Shown: in pieces, positions 52,910 through 64,000 of the stretch
Layout of the letters: each line of letters starts with the position of its first letter
Position numbering within the stretch: the first letter of the stretch is position 1
Origin: Squalus acanthias
Lineage: Eukaryota
DNA: 64,000 bases
Direction of reading: 5' to 3'
Assembly (NCBI GenBank): GCA_030390025.1
Contig: CM059432.1
Span: forward strand, 56,670,001-56,734,000
Translations under genes and position numbers: made by a program
The notes under the pieces: model-generated
Told to the model about the DNA's origin: nothing
Database searches by the model: none
Seen by the model: the letters and a program-made list of their open reading frames with translations, nothing else

Positions 52910-55900
52910 GGCCTGAAAATTGCGGTCAGGGGCTTGCTGCCCGCGTACGCCTCCGAACCGCAAGAAAACTACGTTTCTTAAATAGCGGGATTATATTTGC
53001 TATCCTCCAATCTGCAGGAACCGTTCCAGAATCTATGGAATTTTGGAAGATGACAACCAATGCGTCCACTATCCCAATGGCCACCTCTTTCAAAACCCTA
53101 GGATGTAGGTCATCCGCGCCTTGGGATTTATCGACTTTTAGTCCCATTAATTTTGCTTGTACTGTTTTTTTACTAATAATAATTTCTTTAAGTTCCTCAT
53201 TCTCGCCACACCTTGGTTTTCTCGTATTTCTGGGAGGTTTTTTGTGTCTTCCTCCATGAAGACAGAAACAAAGTATTTATTTAATTTCTCTGCCATTTCC
53301 TCATTCCCCATTATAAATTCTCCCATCTCTGACTGTAAAGGACCTACGTTTACCTTTGCCAGTCTTTTCCTTTTCACATACCTATAGAAGCTTTTATAAT
53401 CCGTTTTTATATTTTTCGCTAGTTTGTGCTCATATTCCATTTTCCCTTTCTTTATCAATTTCTTGGTCCCCCTTTGCTGATTTCTAAAAAGATCCCAATC
53501 CTCAGGCTGACCGCTTTGTCTGGCAACTTTATAAGCTTCCTCCTTTGACTTAATATTAGCTTTAATTTCTTTTGTTAGCCATGGTTGGATCACTTTTCCT
53601 TTTGGCTTTTTATGCCCTCGAGGAATATATGTTTGTTGTAAATTATGCATTGTTTCCTTGAATGTTAGCCATTGTATGTCCACCTTCATACCTTTTAGTG
53701 TAGTCTCCCAATCTACCATAGCCAACTTGTCCCTCATACTCTTGTAGTTTCCTCTGTTTAGATTGGACTACATCACTCTCAAATTTAATGTAAAATTCAA
53801 TCATATTACGGTCACTTGTCCCGATAGGCCTCTTTACCGCGAGATTATTGATTAGCCCTTTCTCATTACACAGTACCAGATCCAGAATAGCCTGTTCCCT
53901 GGTTGGTTCCTCCACATACTGATCCAGGAAACCATCTCGCATGCATTCCAAAAATTTGTCCTCCACACCATTAGTGGTAATTTGATTTGCCCAGTCAATA
54001 TGTAGATTAAAGTCCCCCATGATTACCGTATTGCCCTTGTTACGTGTACTTTTAATTTCTGGATTGATACTGTGCCCTACATTACCACTACTGTTTGGTG
54101 GCCTATACACAACTCCCACCAATGTTTTCCGCCCTTTGCTGTTTCTTAGCTTCACCCAAACTGATTCCACTTCTACATTACGATCTGCCAAGCCAAGATC
54201 TTTTATCTCTACCGTACCGATCTCATCCCTTATTAACAGCGCTACGCCACCTCCTTTTCCTTTTTGTCTGTCCTTCCTAACTGTTGAGTACCCTGGAACA
54301 TTCAGTTCCCAGCTTTGGTTACCCTGCAACCATGTCTCTAATGGCAATTACATCATACCCATTTACTTCTATTAGTGCCATTAATTCATCCACCTTGTTG
54401 CGAATGCTCCGTGCATTTAGATAAAGTACCTTCAACATTGCCTGTTTAATATTTTTCTGCACTTTGACCCTCTTTACCGTTGGCCTTTGTTTCTGCTCCC
54501 TACTAGTTTTGCTGACTACTTTTCTAACTTCCATTTCCAGCTTTGTCTCTGTCTCTCTTCTTTCTGGGTCACACTTAGGTTCCCAGCCCCCTGACAAACT
54601 AGTTTAAATCCTTCCCAACAGCACTAGCAAACCCCCCTGCAAGGATATTGGTCCCGGTTCTGCCGAGGTGTAATCCGTCCAGCTTGTACAGGTCCCACCT
54701 TCCCCAGAATCGATCCCAATGCCTCAGGAATTTAAAGCCCTCCCTCCTACACTATCTCTCCAGCCACGCATTCATCTGGTCTATTCTCCTATTTCTGCTG
54801 TCGCTAGCACATGGCACTGGGAGTAATCCTGAGATTACTACCTTTGAGATCATGCTTTTTAATTTATTTTCTAGCTCCCGATATTCTGCTTGCAGGACCT
54901 CGTCCCTCTTTCTACCTATGTCGTTGGTACCGATATGGACCACGACCTCTGGCTGTTCACCCTCCCCCTTCAGAATGTCCTGCAGCCGCTCAGTGACATC
55001 CTTGACCCTGGCACCAGGGAGGCAACATACCATCCTGGAGTCACGTCTGCGGCCACAGAAACGTCTATCTGTTCCCCTTACAATAGAATCCCCTATCACT
55101 ATTGCTCTCCCACTCTTTTTCCTCCCCTCCTGTGCAGCTGAGCCACTCATAGTGCCATGGACTTGGCTCTTGCTGCATTCCCCTGAGAAACCATCTCCCC
55201 TAGCAGTATCCAAAACGGAAAATCTGTTGGAGAGGGAAATGGACCCAGGGGACTCCTGCACTACCTTCCTAGTTCTTTTACTCTGTCTGGCGGTCACCCA
55301 TTCCCTTTCTGCCTGTTCACTCTTTACCTGCGGTGTGACCACCTTGTTATACGTGCTATCCACGTAGATCTCAGCCTCGCGGATGTTCCACAGTGACTTC
55401 AGCCGCAGCTCCAGATCCGAAACGCGGATTTCGAGTAGCTGCAGCTGGAGACACTTCCTGCACATATGTTTGTCCTGGACACTGAAAGTGTCCCTGACTT
55501 CCCAAATAACACAAGAGGAGCACTCCACACTGCCGAGCTGCCCTGCCATGTCTTACCCTTAATTTACTCCCTTTACTTCCTCTAAATTAAAGAATATTAA
55601 ATACACTAGGGACGTTACTTCACCTTACACACTACTTACTCTAAACTAGAGACCTTACTTTTACTTTAACGGCTATTTAAGAAAGGAGGGAGAGAGAAAA
55701 CGGGGAACTACAGACCTGTTAGCCTCACATCAGTAGTTGGGAAAATGCTGGAATCTATTATAAAGGATGCAATAACTGGGCACTTACAAACCAATAGTAA
55801 GATTGGGCAGAGTCAACATGGATTTATGAAAGGGAAATCCTGTTTGACAAACCTATTGGAGTTCTTTGAGGATGTAACTAGTGGAGTAGACAAAGGGAAC

Positions 55901-57260
55901 AGGTAGATGTGGTGTATCTGGATTTTAAGAAGGCCTTCGATAAGGTCCCACACAAGAGGTTGGTGAACAAAATTAGGGCACATGGAATTGGGGGTAATAT
56001 ACTAGCATGGATTGAGAATTGGTTAACAGACAGAAAACAAAGAGTAGGGATAAACAGGTCTTTTTCAGGATGGCAGGCTGTGATTAGTGGGGTACCGCAA
56101 GGATCGGTGCTTGGGCCCCAGCTATTCACAATCTATATCAATGATTTGGATGAGGGGACTAAATGTAACATTTCCAAATTTGCTGATGTTACAAAGCTCG
56201 GTGGCAGTGTCAGTTGTGAAGAGGATGTGAAGAGGCTTCAAGGGGATCTCGACAGGCTCAGTGAGTGGGCGAGAACATGGCAGATGTAATATAATGTGGA
56301 TAAATGCAAAGTTATCTACTTTGGTAGAAAAAACAGAAAGGCAGAGTATTTCCTAAATGGTGAAAGATTGGGGAATGCAGATGCTCAAAGGGACCTGGGT
56401 GTCCTTGTACATGAGTCACTGAAAGTGAATGTGCAGGTGCAGCAAGCCATTAAGAAAGCAAATGGTATGCTGGCCTTCATTACAAGAGGATTTGAGTACA
56501 GGAGTAAAGAAGTCTTACTCCAATTATATAGGGCCTTGGTGAGACCACACCTGGAGTACTGTGTACAATTTTGGTCTCCTTACCTAAGGAAGGATATACT
56601 TGCCATAGAGGGAGTGCAACGAAGGTTCACGAGATTGATTCCTGGGATGGCGGGACTATCGTATAAGAGATTGACTAAACTAGGCCTGTATTCTTTTGAA
56701 TGCAGAAGAATGAGAGGGGATCTCATTGAAACATACAAAATTATTACAGGGCTTGATAGGATGGATGCTGGGAGCATGGTTCCATTGGCTGGGGAGCTTA
56801 GAACCAGGGACCACAGCCTCAGGATAAAGGGTAGGCCATTCAGGACTGAGATGAGAAGAAATTTCTTCACTCAGAGGGTGGTGAATCTTTGGAATTCTCT
56901 ACCCCAGAGGGCTGTGGAGGCTCAGTCATTGGGTATATTCAAAACAGACGTCGATAGATTTCTGACTAGTAAGGGCATCAAGGGATATGGCGATAGGGCC
57001 GGTGAATGGCGTTGAGGCAGAAGATCAGCCATGATCTCATTGAATGGCGGTGCATGCTTGAAGGGCCGAATGGCCTACTCCTGCTCCTATTTCTTATGTA
57101 CTTACCTGATGGCTCTGGAGCTTCGGATTCTTGCGGTCCTGGGCCTGCAGGCGAATGCCTGTGTAAAGTCCCATGCATCCCAGGGGTGCGTGCGGTTTGC
57201 AAGCGTCTCTGGGATCACGTGGGCCAGGCCAACCAATGACAGGGATTCCTATGATGCTTA
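52910..57260. mobile_element. Harbinger-type MITE left portion (52910-52973 plus 57099-57260), split by inverted CR1
   Basis: TIR GGCCTGAAAATTGCGGT after AAT; resumes tacttacctg..ctgggatcacgtggg..ccaat as in sister MITEs; right end missing. Confidence 0.7.
52974..57098. mobile_element. Near full-length CR1 with 5' inversion (52974-55671 minus; 55672-57098 plus)
   Basis: Minus part runs 5' UTR, ORF1, EN and ends ..IIPLFKK; plus part begins LFKKGGREKTGNYRPVSLTS and runs to the tail. Confidence 0.9.
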
Positions 57261-58627
57261 TGGTTGAACACCATTTGGAGGAAGCACTGAGGGTAGCAAG
57301 GGGCACAGCATATACTCTGAGTGGAGGACTTTAATGTCCATCACCAAGAGTGGCTTGGTTGTACCACCATTGACCAAGCTGGCCGAGTCCTGAAGGACAT
57401 AGCTACCAGACTGGGCTTGTGGCAGGAGGTGAGAAAACCAGCACGGGATTAACTTACTTGACCTCGTCCTCACCAATCTACCTGTTGTAGATGCATCTGT
57501 CCATGACAGGTATTGGTAGGAGTGACCACCGCACAGAGCTTGTGGAGATCTATTCCCGTCTTCACACTGAAGATATCCTCCATTGTGTCATGTGGCACTA
57601 CCACCATGCTAAGTGAAATAAAGTAAGAACTGATCTCGCAGTTCAAAACTGGGCATCCATGAGGCACATGTGGGCCATCAGCAGCAACAGAATTGTATTC
57701 CGCCACAATTTGTAACCTCATGGTCCGGCATATCCCTCACTCCTCCATCACCATCAAGCCAGATGACCAACCCTGGTTCAATGAGGAGCATAGAAGAGCA
57801 TGCCAGCAGCAGCACCAAGCTTATCTTGTCAGAATTGGGGCTGTTTGCTGATGAATGCATAGTGTTAAGCTCCATTCACAATTCCTCAGACATTGAAGCA
57901 GTCTATGCCTGCATGATGAAGACCTGGACAATATCCAGGCTTGGACTGATAAGTGGCAAGTAACATTTGTGCTACACATTTGCCAGGCAATGACCATCTC
58001 TAACAAGAAAGAGTTTAACTACCTCTCCATGACATTCAATGACATTACCATCGCAAGAACCCCCCCCCGCCCCCCCCCCCCTGGCCATCAACCACGTTGG
58101 GGGGTGGGGGGAAACCATTGACCAGAAACTCAATTGGACAAGCCACATAAATTCCATAGCTACTAGAGCAGGTCAGACGCTATGAATTTTGCGGTCAGTG
58201 GCTCACTCCTAACTCCTCAAAGCCTTTCCATCACCTAAAAGGCACAAGTCAGGAGTGTGATGGAATACTCTCCACTCGCCTGGATGAGTGCAGCTCCAAC
58301 AACACTCAAGAAGCTCAACGCCATCCAGGAAAAAGCAATCTGCCTGATCGGCACTTCACCCACTATCCTAATCATCCACCCCCTTGACCACCGGGCGTAC
58401 CGAGGCTGCGCTGTGTATTATCTACAGGATGCAATGCAGCAACTCGCCAAGGCTTCTTTGACAGCACCTAACAAACCCGCGACCTCCACCACCTAGAAGG
58501 ACAAGGGCAACAGGTGCATGGGAACACCATCACCTGCAAGTTCCAGACCAAGTTAGACACCACCCTGACCAGAACATATATCGTCCTTCCTTCATTGTTG
58601 CTGAGTCAAAATCCTCAAACTCTCTAA
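57261..58627 (+). mobile_element. Degraded, internally deleted copy of the tRNA-headed LINE family
   Basis: VEHHLEEALRVAR, DFNVHH, LLDLVLTN, SDH (EN); then LFADEC, EYSPLAWMSAAPTTLKKL. Confidence 0.85.
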
Positions 58628-60457
58628 ATGAATGAATTCTGTTGGGAATTATGACCTGTAAAAAAGAAAGCATGAAATTTTAAATTTATTTGGGTTGATC
58701 TAACATAATTTACAATCTTTTTGGCTCATGCCTGCAAAGATGGATGAAATGTTAACAATCACTGTTGCCGTTACATATTACAATCAAACAGTAAATTTTA
58801 ATTGGCATTGGAAATGTTTTTAAGTAGCTTACGACGGACTTGATAAAGGACACTTTTTATTTTTAATTTGCCCTAGTGAACTTTCCATATGCCTCAAATT
58901 GTACTTTGAACTTTACCTGGAGCAAATGAGCCATTAAAAGGAACAAAAGTGCACATTTAGACTGTTAATAAAGAAGAAGGGACTGCAACAGGTCACAAAG
59001 CCTTGGAGGAAATGAAGTAAGAAAGGATCAGAGATAGTGGAAATCAATATTGATATTACTTGAAATGAAAACAAGTTGTTTTGTCTGATTATGCTCCTGT
59101 GAAGCTCCTTGCGATGTTTTACTTCATTAAAGGTGCTATATAAATGCAAGTTGTTTTTTTAAGCTTCCACAATTTGATAGGGTAAGGAGGGATGACATGT
59201 TGTACCATAATACAGTATTGTCAATGGTACAAATACAAGAATAAGTTGTTGACCAAACAACTTATCTCAGGAATTTTCTGAACACTCTGTTAGTCATATG
59301 TAGTGAGACTTTTAACAATTGGCAAACAGAATAATGAATGCTCTAATTCTGGTGCCAAATCAAACAACTCTGCGTTGACACATAGAATCATAGAATGGTT
59401 ACATATATTCGTTGTATTTTGATTCCATGCAATGTTGCCTCTTCTGCAATTTGGACTAAGATCCTGGAACTGGTGGAATTTTATCTAGAATGGCAGGAAA
59501 AATACCTCATGTTCTCATCCAGCCCCTCTCCACCTCATCATTTTGCTCCTCCTCAGAGGAGTACGATTCCATGGAATACCAGAGGAAAGAGGAAACAGTT
59601 TCTCAGTGTTACTTTACCTAAAGATTCAGTCACATTTCTTTAACTCCTGCATAGCCTCACGGATGGCACGCAGCATCTTGGAGAACCTGGATACTCGCAT
59701 GAGTGAATGAGCCTGATTTGAATGGAGAACCTCGCTTCAGTTCCCTTTCTGTAATTTGTTGAATAGCAGAGCTTCCGTGCCTTTGTTTTTGATGACAGTT
59801 TTGAAAGTCACCCTCTCTAGTTACCTGAATACTCCATGTGAATAATTAAGTTTGAAAAACAGAATGGTACTTCACATTAAAGGAAAGTAATCTGTTTAAT
59901 AATTAATAAGGCTTGTTCTTCCTCAATGTTAATATTGTGTTGTATGAAGACAAAGATCTTTGAAGTAAATGTCAGTTTTGTTTTCTTAAAGGTTGTCTTG
60001 GTTACAAGAGCTTTAATTAAGACAGTAAAATGAGCTGAAGTGGACTGTTGTTGTGATGAACTATTTACCCCTTGAAGGCTACGTCTGTTTTGAGCTGTAA
60101 CGGCTCCAAGGCTTAATGCAGAAAATTTGAGGATTTATTTAATGTAGATATCGTTGTTGAAAGCAAGAACTGAATAAGCTGTTCACATGTTTTGATTGAT
60201 AGTCACATTTGATCTGTGTTGGGGCAAACAAATGACAAACATGGCTACAACAGCTGGTTGAAGAGTGGAGTTCTAAGTAAAGTTCACTGTTGGCACTGGT
60301 TTTCTGCAAAGACTATATCTGGTCTCTAATGTATGCTTATACCCCTGTTTGGCTAGTGCAGGGAAACCATGCAGACCAGTAGAATTGATGATAGCCTATT
60401 CAGTGTTCACTCTCTGACACCAAAGGGATGTAGCTAGGCAGTTGGTCCTCTAACATT

Positions 60458-61222
60458 GGGCCGGATATTCCGATCCCTACGGGTGTGTACGCGCTGTGTA
60501 CACACCCGTAGGGACATCGGAAATGCCGGTTTCAGGCATGCACAGCACATGCGCTGAAAACCGGCATTTCCGATCTGTCAAGAATGCTCTTGACAGATTG
60601 GACGCCTGCCCTGGAGAAGGGCCTCTGCGGGCGGATAGTTCCGCTTTTTGGAGACCCTCCGCCCGCAGAAAACCCTTAGAATTCTTATGCCTGGTAAAAG
60701 CAGGCGTAAGGCCTGCTTTTTACCAGGATAAGAGTTGAAAAAAGTAAAAAAAAATGTTTTTCACTCATTTATTATTTAAAAATACTTTTTAAAAATAAAA
60801 AAAGGTAAGTTTATTTTTAGCCCCGTGAAAAACTTTAATTATTTTTTTCAAAAAATTAAATTTTTGTTTAAAATTTTTAATTTATTGTAATTTCAACTAA
60901 TTTTAAAAATGTGATTTAAAAAAATGTATTTAATGTTTTAAAGTGTTTTTGGGGTGATCTCCATTCATATATTTGACAGGTCTATCTGTCAAGTGTATGA
61001 AGGGAGATTCCCTTCTTTGATTGGCTCCCCATGGCCCACGTGATCCCAGGGACGCTTGCGAAATGCATGCGCCCCTGGGATACGTGGGCCCTGCGCACTT
61101 GGAGTTGGAGAGGCCCAGCATCGGAACTATACGCACCTCGGGAGCCCTCAGGTACGTGTGTAGATTTTTTCCAGATCGGAGGCCTCCACACGCGGGAAGC
61201 CTCCGATCGGAAAATATGGCCC
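60458..61222. mobile_element. PIF/Harbinger-type MITE, intact
   Basis: TIRs GGGCCGGATATTCCGATC / GATCGGAAAATATGGCCC (15/18) and perfect ATT TSD. Confidence 0.88.
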
Positions 61223-61559
61223 ATTAATATACAGTAGATTTTACCAAGTAAAGGGCATAATGTGGGCCTAACCAGACAGAAAAATGGGTGGAGACCCATA
61301 TGCCAAATTTCTGTTCATCTTGTACCCCATTCAGTTTGCCACTAATAACACTAAAATTAGCCCTGGTAACATTATTTAGATGTCCACAAAATTACCTGGT
61401 GTCTCGGCATTCAGATATCTACACTCCCATAAAAAGTAGTTATCCAAAGCTGTTTATGGAAGTGCATTGAAAGGATTAGTAGACCACTGACTGCAGGGGC
61501 AGTGTATTTCAACCAACACGAGTGAGGTGTGGTGCTGTTAGAACCATTTGGATGTTGTT

Positions 61560-61665
61560 TTTCCAGTTCTGACACAAGGTCATTGACCTGAAACCTTAAC
61601 TCTGTTTTTCTCTCCACAGATACCTGACCTGCTGAGTATTTCCAGCATTTTCTGTTTTTATTTTG
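61560..61665 (+). mobile_element. Penelope terminal-repeat fragment (hammerhead core mutated)
   Basis: Matches 8706-8812; core reads ctgacac instead of ctganga. Confidence 0.75.
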
Positions 61666-62593
61666 TATTGCTTTTTCATACTGTTGGCACACAAACACGA
61701 AGCAGAAGTTTTAAGATAAACATGGTTTTTGTGAATCATAGTTATAGATGTATTCACTTAGTTTGTTCAAGAAGAAGTTACATAACAAATAAGCTGCTGA
61801 AAACTTTTTAAAACTTAATTTTATTCAAAGGAACATTGTGAGGCATGCCCAGGTGTTGTCTTACATGAAGTCTGTTTTCTTCAAGACTGTTGCAACCATT
61901 TTTATGAGATGATGGGGATGTAACTTGGTGTCAATGCATTTAACTGATTTTATTCAAATATTCCTGTGACTGCATTTAAGGAAGCCCCAGACTTTGAAAA
62001 CTCAATAGGGGGTTTGGATTGAATGGTCATGGGACTTCCTCAATTTAAAAAAATATATTGAGAAGCCCATATATCGGAATTTTCTCCAATGTCCTGTTGT
62101 GATGTGCGATGTGGACTTGTTTTTTTGTATGCGTGTGTTGCCCAGTTCAGTTTTGTAACTTTGAAAGCTGTTTTCAGTTTATTTACACACTTCTGGTGGA
62201 GGTCCCTTTGTTACTGTGCAGTCATGAGGGAGAGCACCCACACATTCCATATTCGAATTGTCGACATCCACTGGGAAATGTGAAAAGTGACATAATCAAT
62301 AAGTAGCAAACTGATGCTGTCAGTTAGGATCGACAGAGCGTAGAATATTCAGCTCCCTGTGATGGTCTTACGAACCACATTTTGTCCATTTTTTTTTTTA
62401 AATGACTGCAGTTTGTAATAATTTTTATTTTCAGTACAAGAAAATACACCTTTTTGACAGCATTAAAGAACAATATAGGTTCAGAATTATGGTTGACAGT
62501 AAAAGCAGAGGAACATTTATTGAGTTTGTATGACATTTTCTGTCTTTAACAGAGATGTTAACCTGTTTATTCCAAATTGGTTAATTTCTGTCT

Positions 62594-63015
62594 ACGGGGT
62601 ATGATAGCATAGTGTTTAGGGTACTGGACTAGTAATCCGGAGGCCTGGACTCATGATCTGGAGACATGAGTTCAAATCCCACCATGGCCGCTGGGGAATT
62701 TAAATTCAGTTAATTAAATAAATCTGGAATAGAATCAGTAATGGTGACCATGAAACTACCAGATTGTCGTAAAAACCCATCTGGTTCACTAATGTCCTTT
62801 AGGGAAGGAAATCTGCCGTCCTTACCCGGTCTAGCCTATATGTGACCCCAGACCCACAGCAATGTGGTTGACTCTTAACTGCCCTCTGAAATGGTCGAGC
62901 AAGCCACTCAGTTGTATAAGGCGGATCACCACCACCTTCTCAAGTTCAATTAGGGATGGGCAATAAATGCTGGCCTTGCCTGCGACGCCCACATCCCATG
63001 AATGAATAAAAAAAA
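62594..63015 (+). mobile_element. Full-length tRNA-derived SINE sharing both head and tail with the tRNA-headed LINE
   Basis: A box tagcatagtgtt (62605), B box gagttcaaatccc (62668). Body matches 38553-38110 (minus). Tail matches the LINE 3' end. Poly-A and ~80-bp flanking duplication. Confidence 0.9.
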
Positions 63016-64000
63016 TGTTTATTGAGTTTGTATGACATTTCTCTGTCTTTAACAGAGATGTTAACCTGTTTATTTCAAATTAATTAATTTCTGTCTTAAA
63101 GTTGCTGTTTGTCATCTGCTATCACAAACAGTTATTTATAGCCTTGATGATCTAAGGTGTAAAATCAGAAAATGTTTGAAATGCGCAGAGATTTGGTCAG
63201 CAACTAAAAGTGAAAATGACATTAATATTTTGATCGGAACACCATTTTGATGTTGGCTTCCAATAATATTGACTCACCCTTGTCCCTCCTGAGGCTATTT
63301 AAAATAAAAGATTATTTAAAATAGTTGCATCATTGTACGTTAAACCCAGGAAATCTCCCAACTGCGTCTGACCTGTCATGAGATCTGGGATAGGGACAAA
63401 TGCAATAGTTGAGTCCATTTTGTCTTGTCAATGTAGAATGTACTGCTAGTTGGAGTTGTTGTAGGTGTGTGTTGTAGAAGGTTTCAGTTCACAAATTAAC
63501 ATCATGTTCCTGCAGTTAGATTCTCAATCTAAGGAATTGTATTGAAGTTGGATACAACTACTCTACTTTCCTATTTTAAATATCTGTAACCTTTCTAAAG
63601 GAAATTATTTTTGGCATAAAAGGCAGATTACAGTAGGCTGCAAAATGCCACAAAAATTGTCACTAAATTTTCTCAAGGGCACATGTCCTATCACCCCATA
63701 AAAATAAATCTCATGCCTTTAGCATTCACAGTCTCCTTCTGTAATCTCGAAATCCACTACTGTTCTTTTGTGTACTTAGTTTTTTTTCCCCTTGCAATAA
63801 CAGTGATGAAATGTTTGGCATATCTGCTTTCTAAGTTTATGACAAGCTCGTGACACACTTTATTTATGACTAACTTCTTATCTTCACATGCCATAGGCTT
63901 GTATTCAGGGCAGTCTTGAACTGTCAGCTTTTTGGGAGCTGTGACAGTTTTTTTTTAAAGGTGTTGATCAGTTTTTCCTTGTTTTCTGAATTAGCATTTA

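Noticed and set aside
54648..55367. Long antisense ORFs over CR1 ORF1/ORF2 (also 36247-36965, 29059-29586)
   Set aside because: These are shadow frames of the retrotransposon ORFs with no independent domain evidence.
57099..57108. tacttacctg matching the U1 snRNA 5' end
   Set aside because: The downstream sequence is not U1; it is the reverse complement of a splice donor inside a MITE.
59395..59720. Exon-like, moderately GC-rich unique stretch
   Set aside because: Frames close with stops, the acceptor is weak and there is no recognisable homology.
62594..62690. Functional tRNA gene
   Set aside because: A/B boxes are present but with extended spacing, no clean cloverleaf and no terminator; it is a SINE head.

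Overview
Repeat-dominated vertebrate genomic DNA, most likely from a cartilaginous fish (shark). This is inferred from HE1-like V-SINE, SacSINE1-like DeuSINE and shark-type CR1/Penelope repeats. No host protein-coding exon could be supported. The window is a nested stack of decayed transposons: many CR1 LINEs (ORF1 zinc finger plus SGNH esterase; ORF2 APE endonuclease plus RT), an RTE fragment, L2 remnants, Penelope-like elements with minimal hammerhead ribozymes, a two-gene PIF/Harbinger transposon split by a CR1, Harbinger-type MITEs, a pogo/Tc1-type MITE and SINEs. The most striking observation is a second LINE family whose 5' end is a tRNA-derived Pol III promoter head leading directly into the endonuclease ORF, with no ORF1. 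Its sense strand is essentially free of TTTT Pol III terminators, and a SINE in the window looks like its internal-deletion derivative. It is a candidate Pol III-transcribed autonomous retrotransposon. Other highlights are a twin-priming-type 5'-inverted CR1, an ~80-bp target-site duplication, a hairpin Penelope element, a CR1-tailed transduced repeat mosaic, and MITEs with conserved hairpin and promoter-motif architecture. All coordinates were read by eye and element boundaries are approximate.
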